Assembly (NCBI GenBank): GCA_002269645.1
Contig: NIVC01000296.1
Coordinates: 248,001-312,000 of the forward strand
DNA length: 64,000 nt
Direction: 5' to 3'
Source of the DNA: Macrostomum lignano
Lineage: Eukaryota
Below the pieces are notes generated by a model. The model made no database searches, was not told the origin of the DNA, and was given only the letters and a program-made list of their open reading frames with translations. The position numbers were made by a program, and so were the translations under genes. Shown one piece after another: positions 46,408-58,588 of the stretch. How positions within the stretch are numbered: the stretch's first letter is position 1; each line of letters begins with the position of its first letter.

Positions 46408-49400
46408 TAGTTTGCGAATGATCGGGTTTGCGAATGATCGCTTTTGGGAATGATCGGGTTTGCGAATGATCGGGTTTGTGAATTATCGGGTTTGTGAATT
46501 ATCGGGTTTGTGAATTATCGCTTTTGGGAATGATCGGGTTTGTGAATTATCGGGTTTGTGAATTATCGGGTTTGTGAATGATCGGGTTTGTGAAGGATCG
46601 GGTTTGTGAAGGATCGGGTTTGTGAATGATCGCTTGTGTGAATGATCGGGTTTGCGAATGATCGGGTTTGTGAATGATCGGGTTTGTGAATGATCGGGTT
46701 TGTGAATGATCGGGTTTGTGAATGATCGGGTTTGTGAATGATCGCTTGTGCGAATGATCGGGTTTGTGAATGATCGGGTTTGTGAATGATCGGGTTTGTG
46801 AATGATCGCTTGTGCGAATGATCGGGTTTGTGAATGATCGGGTTTGTGAATGATCGGGTTTGTGAATGATCGGGTTTGCGAATGATCGGGTTTGTGAAGG
46901 ATCGGGTTTGTGAATGATCGGGTTTGTGAATGATCGCTTGTGCGAATGATCGGGTTTGTGAATGATCGGGTTTGTGAATTATCGAGTTTGTGAATTATCG
47001 GGTTTGTGAATGATCGCTTTTGGGAATGATCGGGTTTGTGAATGATCGGGTTTGTGAAGGATCGGGTTTGTGAATGATCGCTTGTGTGAATGATCGGGTT
47101 TGCGAATGATCGGGTTTGTGAATGATCGGGTTTGTGAATGATCGGGTTTGTGAATGATCGGGTTTGTGAATGATCGGGTTTGTGAATGATCGCTTGTGCG
47201 AATGATCGGGTTTGTGAAGGATCGGGTTTGTGAATGATCGGGTTTGTGAATGATCGCTTGTGCGAATGATCGGGTTTGTGAATGATCGGGTTTGTGAATG
47301 ATCGGGTTTGTGAATGATCGGGTTTGCGAATGATCGGGTTTGTGAAGGATCGGGTTTGTGAATGATCGGGTTTGTGAATGATCGCTTGTGCGAATGATCG
47401 GGTTTGTGAATGATCGGGTTTGTGAAGGATCGGGTTTGTGAATGATCGGGTTTGTGAATGATCGCTTGTGCGAATGATCGGGTTTGTGAATGATCGGGTT
47501 TGTGAAGGATCGGGTTTGGGAATGATCGGGTTTGTGAATGATCGCTTGTGTGAATGATCGGGTTTGCGAATGATCGGGTTTGTGAATGATCGGGTTTGTG
47601 AATGATCGGGTTTGTGAATGATCGGGTTTGTGAAGGATCGGGTTTGTGAAGGATCGGGTTTGTGAATGATCGCTTGTGTGAATGATCGGGTTTGCGAATG
47701 ATCGGGTTTGCGAATGATCGGGTTTGTGAATTATCGGGTTTGTGAATGATCGCTTTTGGGAATGATCGGGTTTGTGAATGATCGGGTTTGTGAATTATCG
47801 GGTTTGTGAATGATCGGGTTTGTGAATGATCGGGTTTGTGAATGATCGCTTGTGCGAATGATCGGGTTTGTGAATGATCGGGTTTGTGAATGATCGGGTT
47901 TGTGAATGATCGCTTGTGCGAATGATCGGGTTTGTGAATGATCGGGTTTGTGAATGATCGGGTTTGTGAATGATCGGGTTTGCGAATGATCGGGTTTGTG
48001 AAGGATCGGGTTTGTGAATGATCGGGTTTGTGAATGATCGCTTGTGCGAATGATCGGGTTTGTGAATGATCGGGTTTGTGAATTATCGAGTTTGTGAATT
48101 ATCGGGTTTGTGAATGATCGCTTTTGGGAATGATCGGGTTTGTGAATGATCGGGTTTGTGAAGGATCGGGTTTGTGAATGATCGCTTGTGTGAATGATCG
48201 GGTTTGCGAATGATCGGGTTTGTGAATGATCGGGTTTGTGAATGATCGGGTTTGTGAATGATCGGGTTTGTGAATGATCGGGTTTGTGAATGATCGCTTG
48301 TGCGAATGATCGGGTTTGTGAAGGATCGGGTTTGTGAATGATCGGGTTTGTGAATGATCGCTTGTGCGAATGATCGGGTTTGTGAATGATCGGGTTTGTG
48401 AATGATCGGGTTTGTGAATGATCGGGTTTGCGAATGATCGGGTTTGTGAAGGATCGGGTTTGTGAATGATCGGGTTTGTGAATGATCGCTTGTGCGAATG
48501 ATCGGGTTTGTGAATGATCGGGTTTGTGAATTATCGAGTTTGTGAATTATCGGGTTTGTGAATGATCGCTTTTGGGAATGATCGGGTTTGTGAATGATCG
48601 GGTTTGTGAAGGATCGGGTTTGGGAATGATCGGGTTTGTGAATGATCGCTTGTGTGAATGATCGGGTTTGCGAATGATCGGGTTTGTGAATGATCGGGTT
48701 TGTGAATGATCGGGTTTGTGAATGATCGGGTTTGTGAAGGATCGGGTTTGTGAAGGATCGGGTTTGTGAATGATCGCTTGTGTGAATGATCGGGTTTGCG
48801 AATGATCGGGTTTGCGAATGATCGGGTTTGTGAATTATCGGGTTTGTGAATGATCGCTTTTGGGAATGATCGGGTTTGTGAATGATCGGGTTTGTGAATT
48901 ATCGGGTTTGTGAATTATCGGGATTGTGAATGATCGCTTTTGGGAATGATCGGGTTTGTGAATTATCGGGTTTGTGAAGGATCGGGTTTGTGAATGATCG
49001 GGTTTGTGAATGATCGCTTGTGTGAATGATCGGGTTTGCGAATGATCGGGTTTGTGAATGATCGGGTTTGTGAATGATCGGGTTTGTGAATGATCGGGTT
49101 TGTGAAGGATCGGGTTTGTGAATGATCGGGTTTGTGAATGATCGCTTGTGCGAATGATCGGGTTTGTGAATGATCAGGTTTGCGAATGATCGCTTTTGGG
49201 AATGATCGGGTTTGTGAATGATCGGGTTTGTGAAGGATCGGGTTTGGGAATGATCGGGTTTGTGAATGATCGCTTGTGTGAATGATCGGGTTTGCGAATG
49301 ATCGGGTTTGTGAATGATCGGGTTTGTGAATGATCGGGTTTGTGAATGATCGGGTTTGTGAATGATCGGGTTTGTGAATGATCGGGTTTGTGAATGATCG

Positions 49401-50485
49401 CTTGTGTGAATGATCGGGTTTGTGAAGGATCGGGTTTGGGAATGATCGGGTTTGCGAATGATCGGGTTTGTGAATGATCAGGTTTGCGAATGATCGCTTT
49501 TGGGAATGATCGGGTTTGTGAATGATCGGGTTTGTGAAGGATCGGGTTTGGGAATGATCGGGTTTGTGAATGATCGCTTGTGTGAATGATCGGGTTTGCG
49601 AATGATCGGGTTTGTGAATGATCGGGTTTGTGAATGATCGGGTTTGTGAATGATCGGGTTTGTGAATGATCGGGTTTGTGAATGATCGGGTTTGTGAATG
49701 ATCGCTTGTGTGAATGATCGGGTTTGTGAAGGATCGGGTTTGGGAATGATCGGGTTTGTGAATGATCGGGTTTGTGAAGGATCAGGTTTGTGAATGATCG
49801 GGTTTGTGAATGATCGCTTGTGTGAATGATCGGGTTTGTGAAAGATCGGGTTTGGTAATGATCGGGTTTGTGAATGATCGGGTTTGTGAAGGATCGGGTT
49901 TGTGAATGATCGGGTTTGTGAATGATCGCTTGTGTGAATGATCGGGTTTGCGAATGATCGCTTGTGTGAATGATCGGGTTTGTGAAGGATCGGGTTTGGG
50001 AATGATCGGGTTTGTGAATGATCGGGTTTGTGAAGGATCGGGTTTGTGAATGATCGGGTTTGTGAATGATCGCTTGTGTGAATGATCGGGTTTGTGAAGG
50101 ATCGGGTTTGGGAATGATCGGGTTTGTGAATGATCGGGTTTGTGAAGGATCGGGTTTGTGAATGATCGGGTTTGTGAATGATCGCTTGTGTGAATGATCG
50201 GGTTTGTGAAGGATCGGGTTTGGGAATGATCGGGTTTGTGAATGATCGCTTGTGTGAATGATCGGGTTTGTGAAGGATCGGGTTTGGGAATGATCGGGTT
50301 TGTGAATGATCGGGTTTGTGAAGGATCGGGTTTGTGAATGATCGGGTTTGTGAATGATCGCTTGTGTGAATGATCGGGTTTGTGAAGGATCGGGTTTGGG
50401 AATGATCGGGTTTGTGAATGATCGGGTTTGTGAATGATCGGGTTTGTGAAGGATCGGGTTTGGGAATGATCGGGTTTGTGAATGA
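46408..50485. repeat. 16-bp satellite (GATCGGGTTTGTGAAT), ~250 copies, with higher-order variant structure
   Basis: GATC at 46692 and 46708; the 16-aa repeat in ORF 49782..50654 confirms the period. Confidence 0.96.
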
Positions 50486-51055
50486 TTAGATTTATTAGCT
50501 TTAACTTTACGTAGCCCGTAGGTACTCTGAACGTAAATCTCTGCAAGGGCTCAGAGCAATAGTCACAGCTTAAAGGAGAAGGCAGACTGAACTCATCGAG
50601 AGCTAAAGGGATTGCTAGACTCGAACCGAGACCATCAAGACAAGCGTAGGACAAAGGATGGAAGGCCTGTGGTTAAACTGGGATTAATCGAGAAGAAAGT
50701 GAGGAAGCGAGAGCCGTACCGAAGTTCGGGAACGGGGCTATTTTCTGCAGTATACATGTAGAGCTGAACCGGAGGCGAAACTGCTTCAGGGATCGCAAGC
50801 AGTAATCAGATTTGCCAGCCTCCGAGTTTTCTTCATCCGTGCGCACTCGTGGTGTACAGAAATAGATAGGAGGCCAACCAGCCAAATCTTCTCTTCCCTG
50901 CTGCGATTTCAGTTTAAAAATGCTATTCTTACTTACGGTTTTACTTTATTAATTTTGCAGTTGTTTGACTTACAAAAAGGCCTCAACAGAGAATCGCTGA
51001 GCTGAGTTGTTGCTGAGTCCTTTCGGTTTGCTCTTATTGTTAATAACCATTTTTA

Positions 51056-51746
51056 GAGTTTAGGTTAGAGCTAAGGTTAGGGCTTAGGTTAGAGCTTAGG
51101 TTAGGGCTTAGGTTAGAGCTTAGGTTAGGGCTTAGGTTAGGGCTTAGGTTAGGGTTTTGGTTAGGGCTTAGGTTAGGGTTTTGGTTAGGGCTTAGGTTAG
51201 AGCTTAGGTTAGGGCTTAGGTTAGGGCTTAGGTTAGGGCTTAGGTTAGGGCTTAGGTTAGGGCTTAGGTTAGGGCTTAGGTTAGGGCTTAGGTTAGAGCT
51301 TAGGTTAGGGCTTAGGTTAGGGCTTAGGTTAGGGCTTAGGTTAGGGCTTAGGTTAGAGCTTAGGTTAGGGCTTAGGTTAGGGCTTAGGTTAGAGCTTAGG
51401 TTAGGGCTTAGGTTAGAGCTTAGGTTAGGGCTTAGGTTAGGGCTTAGGTTAGGGTTTTGGTTAGGGCTTAGGTTAGAGCTTAGGTTAGGGCTTAGGTTAG
51501 GGCTTAGGTTAGGGCTTAGGTTAGAGCTTAGGTTAGGGCTTAGGTTAGAGCTTAGGTTAGGGCTTAGGTTAGGGCTTAGGTTAGGGCTTAGGTTAGGGCT
51601 TAGGTTAGGGCTTAGGTTAGGGTTTTGGTTAGGGCTTAGGTTAGGGCTTAGGTTAGGGCTTAGGTTAGGGTTTTGGTTAGGAAATAAGTTTAGGAAGTAG
51701 GTTAGGGTTTAAGCTGTGGTTTAGTTTAGAGTTTAGGTTAGGGTTT
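51056..51746. repeat. Telomere-like interstitial array of 12-bp TTAGGGCTTAGG, ~50 copies
   Basis: Alternating TTAGGGC and TTAGG; variants TTAGAGC and TTAGGGTTTTGG; degenerate ends. Confidence 0.9.
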
Positions 51747-51749
51747 GGA

Positions 51750-52843
51750 TCCTCTCCTCTTATCTCCTCTTATCTCATCTCATCTCATCTTTTTTTTCTC
51801 ATCTCTTCTCTTCTTGTTTCCTCTCCTCTATCTCCTCTCATCTCCTCTCCTCTCCTCTCCTCTCCTCTCCTCTTCTCTCTCCTCTCCTCTCCTCTTCTCT
51901 CTCCTCTCCTTTCCTCTCCTCTCCTCTCCTCTCCTCTCCTCTCCTCTCCTCTCCTCTCCTCTCCTCTCCTCTCCTCTCCTCTCCTCTCCTCTCCTCTCCT
52001 CTCCTCTCCTCTCCTCTCCTCTCCTCTCCTCTCCTTTCCTCTCCTCTCCTCTCCTCTCCTCTCCTCTCCTCTCCTCTCCTCTCCTATCCTCTCCTCTCCT
52101 CTCCTATCCTCTCCTCTCCTCTCCTCTCCTCTCTCCTCTCCTCTCCTCTCCTCTCCTCTCCTCTCCTCTCCTCTCCTCTTCTCTCCTCTCCTCTTCTCTC
52201 CTCTCCTCTCCTCTCCTCTCCTCTCCTCTCCTCTCCTCTCCTCTCCTCTCCTCTCCTCTCCTCTCCTCTCCTCTCCTCTCCTCTCCTCTCCTCTCCTCTC
52301 CTCTCCTCTCCTCTCCTCTCCTCTCCTCTCCTTTCCTCTTCTCTCCTCTCCTCTCCTCTCCTCTCCTCTCCTCTCCTCTCCTCTCCTATCCTCTCCTCTC
52401 CTCTCCTCTCCTCTCTCCTCTCCTCTCCTCTCCTCTCCTCTCCTCTCTCTCCTCTCCTCTCCTCTCCTCTCCTCTTCTCTCCTCTCCTCTCCTCTCCTCT
52501 CCTCTCCTCTTCTCTCCTCTCCTCTCCTCTCCTATCCTCTCCTCTCCTCTCCTCTCCTCTCCTCTCCTCTCCTCTTCTCTCCTCTCCTCTCCTCTCCTCT
52601 CCTCTCCTCTCCTCTCCTCTTCTCTCCTCTTCTCTCCTCTCCTCTCCTCTCCTCTCCTATCCTCTCCTCTCCTCTCCTCTCCTATCCTCTCCTCTCCTCT
52701 CCTCTCCTCTCCTTTCCTCTCCTCTCCTCTCCTCTCCTCTCCTCTTCTCTCCTCTCCTCTCCTCTTCTCTCCTCTCCTCTCCTCTCCTCTCCTCTCCTAT
52801 CCTCTCCTCTCCTCTCCTCTCCTCTCCTCTCCTCTCCTCTCTC
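51750..52843. repeat. (CTCCT)n pentanucleotide array
   Basis: Seen directly; abuts the telomere-like tract. Confidence 0.95.
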
Positions 52844-53470
52844 TTATGTTTTATCCAAAACTCCGCCTCCATACGCATTCAAAGCAGCAAGCAACTGCTG
52901 ACGTCAAAGCATACGGTGACTGCTCACTAGCTGAATAGCAACCCCCTCCCCCAGCCGCCACGCCCCCACCTTATTCTATTGCTCAATCTGTAAGCTGTGA
53001 CAGCAAGCCTGTACAATGTCACAGAGGCAACTAGACTATGAAAAGGCAGCAATGAAAAATTATATTGTGCCTATTTAAACCACTGCTCTGTGCTGCAAGG
53101 AACAGCATAGCAAGAAGAAGGTAGCCAAGAAGACAGTTTTGTCACTTTAAATTGGCGGCGGAGCGTGCAAATGCAATGCTGAGCTGGGCATGTTTATCTA
53201 TCTGACAGGCAGCAATGCGCTTTATCTAGTATAGAATGCTTGCTGGTCTTCTTCTTCTGGCTTTCTGCTTGGGAGGATATGAGCAGCGGTTTAAATTTGT
53301 GAGCTGCAGATCCAGTAAAAAGATAGAGACTTTGGAGAAGTTTGCATTGCAACAAATTCGGAATACTTGATTGCGAATTTTGCATTGCAGAATATTCTCA
53401 CACGGATGAATCTTATGCAAATTGTGGTCTGCCACTGCACATGAACCAGACAATATTCAATACTGTCTGG

Positions 53471-54795
53471 AAGAGGAGAGGAGATGAGAGGAGAGGAGAG
53501 GAGAGGAGAGGAGAGGAGAGGAGAGGAGAGGAGAGGAGAGGAGAGGAGAGAAGAGAAGAGAAGAGGAGAGGAGAGGAGAGGAGATGAGAGGAGAGGAGAG
53601 GAGAGGAGAGGAGATGAGAGGAGAGGAGAGGAGAGGAGAGGAGAGGAGAGGAGAGGAGAGGAGAGGAGAGGAGAGGAGAGGAGAGGAGAGGAGAGGAGAG
53701 GAGAGGAGAGGAGAGGAGAGGAGAGGAGAGGAGAGAAGAGAAGAGGAGAGGAGAGGAGAGGAGAGGAGAGGAGAGGAGAGGAGAGGAGAGGAGAGAAGAG
53801 AAGAGGAGAGGAGAGGAGAGGAGAGGAGAGGAGAGGAGAGGAGAGGAGAGGAGAGGAGAGGAGAGGAGAGAAGAGAAGAGGAGAGGAGAGGAGAGGAGAG
53901 GAGAGGAGAGGAGAGGAGAGAAGAGAAGAGGAGAGGAGAGGAGGCATGAGAGGAGAGGAGAGGAGAGGAGAGAAGAGGAGAGGAGAGGAGAGGAGAGGAG
54001 AGGAGAGGAGAGGAGAGAAGAGAAGAGGAGAGGAGAGGAGAGGAGAGGAGAGGAGAGGAGAGGAGATGAGAGGAGAGGAGAGGAGAGGAGAGGAGAGGAG
54101 AGGAGAGGAGAGGAGAGGAGAGGAGAGGAGAGGAGAGGAGAGGAGAGGAGAGGAGAGGAGAGGAGAGGAGAGGAGAGGAGAGGAGAGAAGAGAAGAGGAG
54201 AGGAGAGGAGAGGAGAGGAGAGGAGAGGAGAGGAGACGAGAGGAGAGAGAGAGAGGAGAGGAGAGGAGAGGAGAGGAGAGGAGAGGAGAGGAGAGGAGAG
54301 GAGAGGAGAGGAGAGGAGAGAAGAGAAGAGGAGAGGAAAGGAGAGGAGAGGAGAGGAGAGGAGAGGAGAGAAGAGAAGAGGAGAGGAGAGGAGGCATGAG
54401 AGGAGAGGAGAGGAGAGGAGAGAAGAGGAGAGGAGAGGAGGAGAGGAGAGGAGAGGAGAGGAGAGAAGAGAAGAGGAGAGGAGAGGAGAGGAGAGGAGAG
54501 GAGAGGAGAGGAGAGGAGGAGAGGAGAGGAGAGGAGAGAAGAGGAGAGGAGAGGAGAGGAGAGGAGAGGAGAGAAGAGAAGAGGAGAGGAGAGGAGAGGA
54601 GAGGAGAGGAGAGGAGAGGAGAGGAGAGGAGAGGAGAGAAGAGGAGAGGAGAGGAGAGGAGAGGAGAGGAGAGGAGAGAAGAGGAGAGGAGAGGAGAGGA
54701 GAGGAGAGAAGAGAAGAGGAGAGAGAGAGAGAGGAGAGGAGAGGAGAGGAGAGGAGAGGAGAGGAGAGGAGAGGAGAGGAGGCATGAGAGGAGTA
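53471..54795. repeat. (GAGAG)n pentanucleotide array, inverted relative to 51750-52843
   Basis: Seen directly; marker GAGGAGGCATGAGAGG recurs near 53940, 54390, 54780. Confidence 0.95.
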
Positions 54796-55511
54796 GATGA
54801 GAGCAGCAGCGAGAGCGAAGAGCGGGTTAAAAGTAAAGGCGAGGCTGCAGTGCTTCTCTCAGAGCCCATTAATAAGGCTTATCGCATGCCGAACTCTCTA
54901 ATTAATGCGTGCAAACGCGCAGCCCAAATGAAAAGGCGGTGATTTACTTCTCGGAATAAAAGCCGACCCGATCGAGCACTCACTGTGATCTGCAATGCTA
55001 AATTCACAATTTGATGTATTTCTGTTAACCCCACCATTAATTAGCTTTTCCCTGCAATTAATTCAGCACTAGAAACTTAATGCGGGAAAAGCTTTTTATG
55101 CAGAGACAAAGCAGAAACAGAGGAAGGCGAGGGAGCATTGCTACGCCTAGGTCCCAGCGGACTCGTATATAATATATTTTCCAAGCATAGCACTGAAGCT
55201 ACTAATAGAAGTCAAAATCGATGAAAACGAGTTGAAAAGCAATATACACGGGGAGCTAATATCTTCGTACGCTTTCTCATCTGCGGAACAGCTTTGCTGA
55301 GCGAAATATTACAATTGCTACAAGAAATCGCAATAATCCTCTTTGCCTTCTCCTAGTTAATTCTTTAATCCAATTTATCGTCGAACAATCATTGGAAGTG
55401 GAAAAAGTAACAAAAGTTGAACAAAAAATCAAAGAGGCGACCAGGGGCGCCTCGGGACTGCTGGAGAAAGAGAGAGAGTCTGAGTGTGTGTGTGTGAGAA
55501 CTGCTCCAGCT

Positions 55512-56675
55512 TCAGCCGCGCAGGTCGGGCACGGCCTCCAGACTGCCGAACAGGCTGGTGAGCTGCTGCTGGTAGTTGTCGATGGAGCGGCGCATGATGT
55601 CCAGGCAGGGGCCGAGCAGCCGCTCGAAGGAGCCGACGTCCAGCACGGCAACTTTGCAGCGGCCGCCGCAGGCGTAGACATTAGCGGCCCGCGGCTGCTT
55701 GGTCAGCAGGGCCAGCTCGCCGAAGTAGCCGCCCTTCTGCAGGCGCGAGATCTCCACTTCGTCGCCGTCAGCCGAGCGCCGCGTTATGCGGACCTCGCCC
55801 TCCTCTACAAAGTACATCTCATTGCCGGGCTCGCCCTGCGCGATGATCCGGTCGCCGTCAGCGTAGGCCTTCGACTTCAGCGCATCGGCGACGTTCATCC
55901 GTTCGTAGGGCGCCAGCTCCTTGAGCAGCGGCACGGAGTCGATGAGGTTCTCGTACATCACTCGCTTCTGGAAGGCCTTCTTCAGCACCAGACGGCGGAA
56001 AGTGTCGCGGTCCATTGCCCAGATGCTGCCGGGGGAGGCGCACTGGATGGTGGCAGCCCGCGGAGCGTTGTACATCAGCGCGAGCTCGCCGAAGGAGCCC
56101 TGGTTGTCGTACTGCCCGACCTTGGTGTCCTGGCCGTTGATCAGGACGTAGATGTCGTAGACTCCCGACTCGATCACGTAGAAATTATCGCCGTCCTCGC
56201 CCTGCGTGATGATCCGGTCGCCTGGTTGGCAGCGCCGCTCGAACATGGCGTTGATGACGTCATGCATCTGGTCCTCGTCCAGGCAGCGGAACAGCAGGAT
56301 GTGCTTGACGGCCTCGTTCAGCCGGCACCGCTGGTCCTCCGTCTTCGGGTGGATGGGGATCGGGGTGTCGTCGTCGTCTTCTTTCTCCGGGTCGAAGCTC
56401 TCGCCAGCCACGGCTACTCGGCGAGGTCCCCGACTCTGCATCGGCGGTGGCATCGGCTCGTCGAAGTCGGACTCGGCCTCGGAGCCGGCGGCCTCGCTGC
56501 CGGCCTCGTCGTCCCCGCCAGCCTCAGAGTGGTGCATCCGTTTGAGCCGCATCCGGGTGAAGTAGTCGATGGCGAAGTCAACGACATTGTCGGGCGCCTC
56601 GCGCAGCACGGCGACGGTGAACTCCTGCAGCAGCTCCTTGAAGCCAGGCGGGATCTGCACCGGTTTCTTGCTCAT
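55512..56675 (-). CDS. PRKAR2: cAMP-dependent protein kinase regulatory subunit type II, 387 aa, intronless CDS
   Basis: RII-type D/D domain (IPPGFKELLQEFTVAVLRE); two cyclic-nucleotide-binding domains with intact PBCs GSFGELALMYNAPRAA and GYFGELALLTKQPRAA; FERLLGPCLDIM C-terminus. Possible 45-nt 5'UTR intron at 56678-56722. Confidence 0.95.
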   Translation of the reverse strand: MSKKPVQIPPGFKELLQEFTVAVLREAPDNVVDFAIDYFTRMRLKRMHHSEAGGDDEAGSEAAGSEAESDFDEPMPPPMQSRGPRRVAVAGESFDPEKEDDDDTPIPIHPKTEDQRCRLNEAVKHILLFRCLDEDQMHDVINAMFERRCQPGDRIITQGEDGDNFYVIESGVYDIYVLINGQDTKVGQYDNQGSFGELALMYNAPRAATIQCASPGSIWAMDRDTFRRLVLKKAFQKRVMYENLIDSVPLLKELAPYERMNVADALKSKAYADGDRIIAQGEPGNEMYFVEEGEVRITRRSADGDEVEISRLQKGGYFGELALLTKQPRAANVYACGGRCKVAVLDVGSFERLLGPCLDIMRRSIDNYQQQLTSLFGSLEAVPDLRG

Positions 56676-58001
56676 AGCTGTTGATTTGAATTTGAAATAA
56701 ACTTTCTGTTAGCACAAATTACTTTCTTTCGAAGACTCTGCAACAAGCTCCTGCAGTTTTATCGCCTTCAGCTTGCCGCTTCGTCAGGCTTATCGCCCCG
56801 TCTTATGCTGGCCCTTTAGCCGTACATTCCGCATTGCCTTGCCGACAGCGCTGTGGGCTTGCCTCCCCCCTCTCTCTCCTTCTCTCACCGCTGCTTCTGC
56901 CCCCCAACCCAATCCTATTACTCTGCAGAGCCTCTCTGCCCTGTCTAGCACTGCTCGCTCACCCTCTGTTGGACTAATGAGCGCTGAAGAGGCTGCCTCT
57001 CTTCATAATGGGAATAATGGAAGCGTGGCACTGGTGGCGGCGGGGGGCCTGGGCGATGCAGCTCAGGCGTACGCGAAGACTCAATGAGAAAAGCCGCGAT
57101 ACTTTGCTCTCTTCTCACTCAGCGAAGGCCAATGAGTGGCCTTCGTGTTGCCATGGACCGCTGCTCTCTCTCGCTCTAATAGTCATTGAGCCACACTGAA
57201 AAGGTTGCCGCAATGACAGCTGCGGCTAATGAATGAACAATTTAAGGAAACCGATGAAATTCACTACATTACCGGGCCGAGCGATTAGTCTATTTATAAG
57301 CACTTACACGCATGCTAAACTAAATACCGTTTCGATATATAGCTAACTTGATAACTTGTTTTGAGTAAATCTGCAAAGCTCATATATGCTAATCACAGTA
57401 GTATCTGTAAAAAATATCGGGAAATTTTCTGCGTTCAAAAATCTCTGAGTGGATTTCAGCTTCATTAGTCTGGGGGCCGTAGCCCAGTGGTCCAGCGCGG
57501 CGCTCTGAAGTGCCAGCGGCCCAGGCTCCCTTCCCAGTGCAGTCACATTAATTTGGGGCTGAATTGGAATCTCGGCTTGGCTCTGCTCGTGCAATTAACG
57601 CCCAGCTTAAGGGCAAACCCCCAAGGCGCAGTGAAGTGTACATGCCTAACGATAAATAAAGTTAGGGCCACTGTGCACTCCTGTGTGAGTGTGTGCCTGT
57701 GCGTGTGACTGCGTACGTATCCGCGCTCTTGTGTGCCTGCTCAGGGGAGTCGGTGGAATGGGCAGCAATGCCTCTCGTCAATGTCGCTTAAAGTGCGCCA
57801 AGGTGCACACAGACCCCCCGGCCTCTAATGACACAAAGATTTGACGTGACATTCGCAGACCGTATTTTAATCAAATTTCCAACTGTATTAATGCGGCAAT
57901 CATTGAACCGGAGTCAACTGTGTGATCATATCCTAATGAACTAGCAACAAAATTGTCCAAGCTAATGAGCATCAGTAAGCTGCCCCGCCGAACCCCGTCA
58001 G

Positions 58002-58521
58002 TCAGTTGATGGAGTAGACGCTCTTGCTGCGCCGGCCGTTCTTCCTGTTGACCTCCAGGTGAGCCTCGTAGTGAATGGGGGCGGCGGCCTTTAGGCAGGC
58101 CTTCCATCTGTAGCCGATGCGCATGCAGGCGCCACGATTGGCGGCATCCCTAGTCCAAATGCTGATCTTGTTGAAGCCGCGCCGGACCTGCGCCACGGCG
58201 CCGCAGACCGATTCGGACTCGGATTCGAACGCCTCGCCAACTAGCAGCAGCAGAGTCTCAATCCACAGCTGTACGAATGTTGGATGCGAGTGCGGCACCT
58301 TCAGCAGCCAGCGGCCGCCGTTGATATTGGCACGGTCCTCCCACATGGGTTGAATGCTCGCCTTGAAGATGTAATAGTCGCAGCCGACAGGCAGATTGTC
58401 CACCGTCTGGATGTGATTGAACAGCGACCAGAAGTCCTCCACGGAGGAGAAATTGCTGATGTGCCGGACGTTCTCGTGCCAGTCCTGACTGCGGTTCTGC
58501 ATGAAGCACCAGATGCCCCAG
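58002..58521 (-). CDS. EIF4E: eIF4E class I, exon 2 (cap-binding core)
   Basis: Acceptor TTCCAG|C joins to give HPLQNSWGIWCF. All eight conserved Trp present (EDFW, PMWED, GGRW, QLW, ISIW included). TGA at 58002-58004. Confidence 0.93.
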
Positions 58522-58588
58522 CTGGAAGTGGAAAACTGCCGGCTCAATGATTGAGTTTATAAATCAGAAAATCCAACTAAATGCTTAC

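Noticed and set aside
55392-56684. 430-aa plus-strand ORF
   Set aside because: Antisense shadow of the PKA RII CDS.
57473-57545. tRNA-Gln(CTG)-like sequence GGGGCCGTAGCCCAGTGG…CTCTGAA…
   Set aside because: A box and anticodon-like loop are present, but the anticodon stem mismatches and the T-arm/B box is lost; at best a pseudo-tRNA or SINE head relic.
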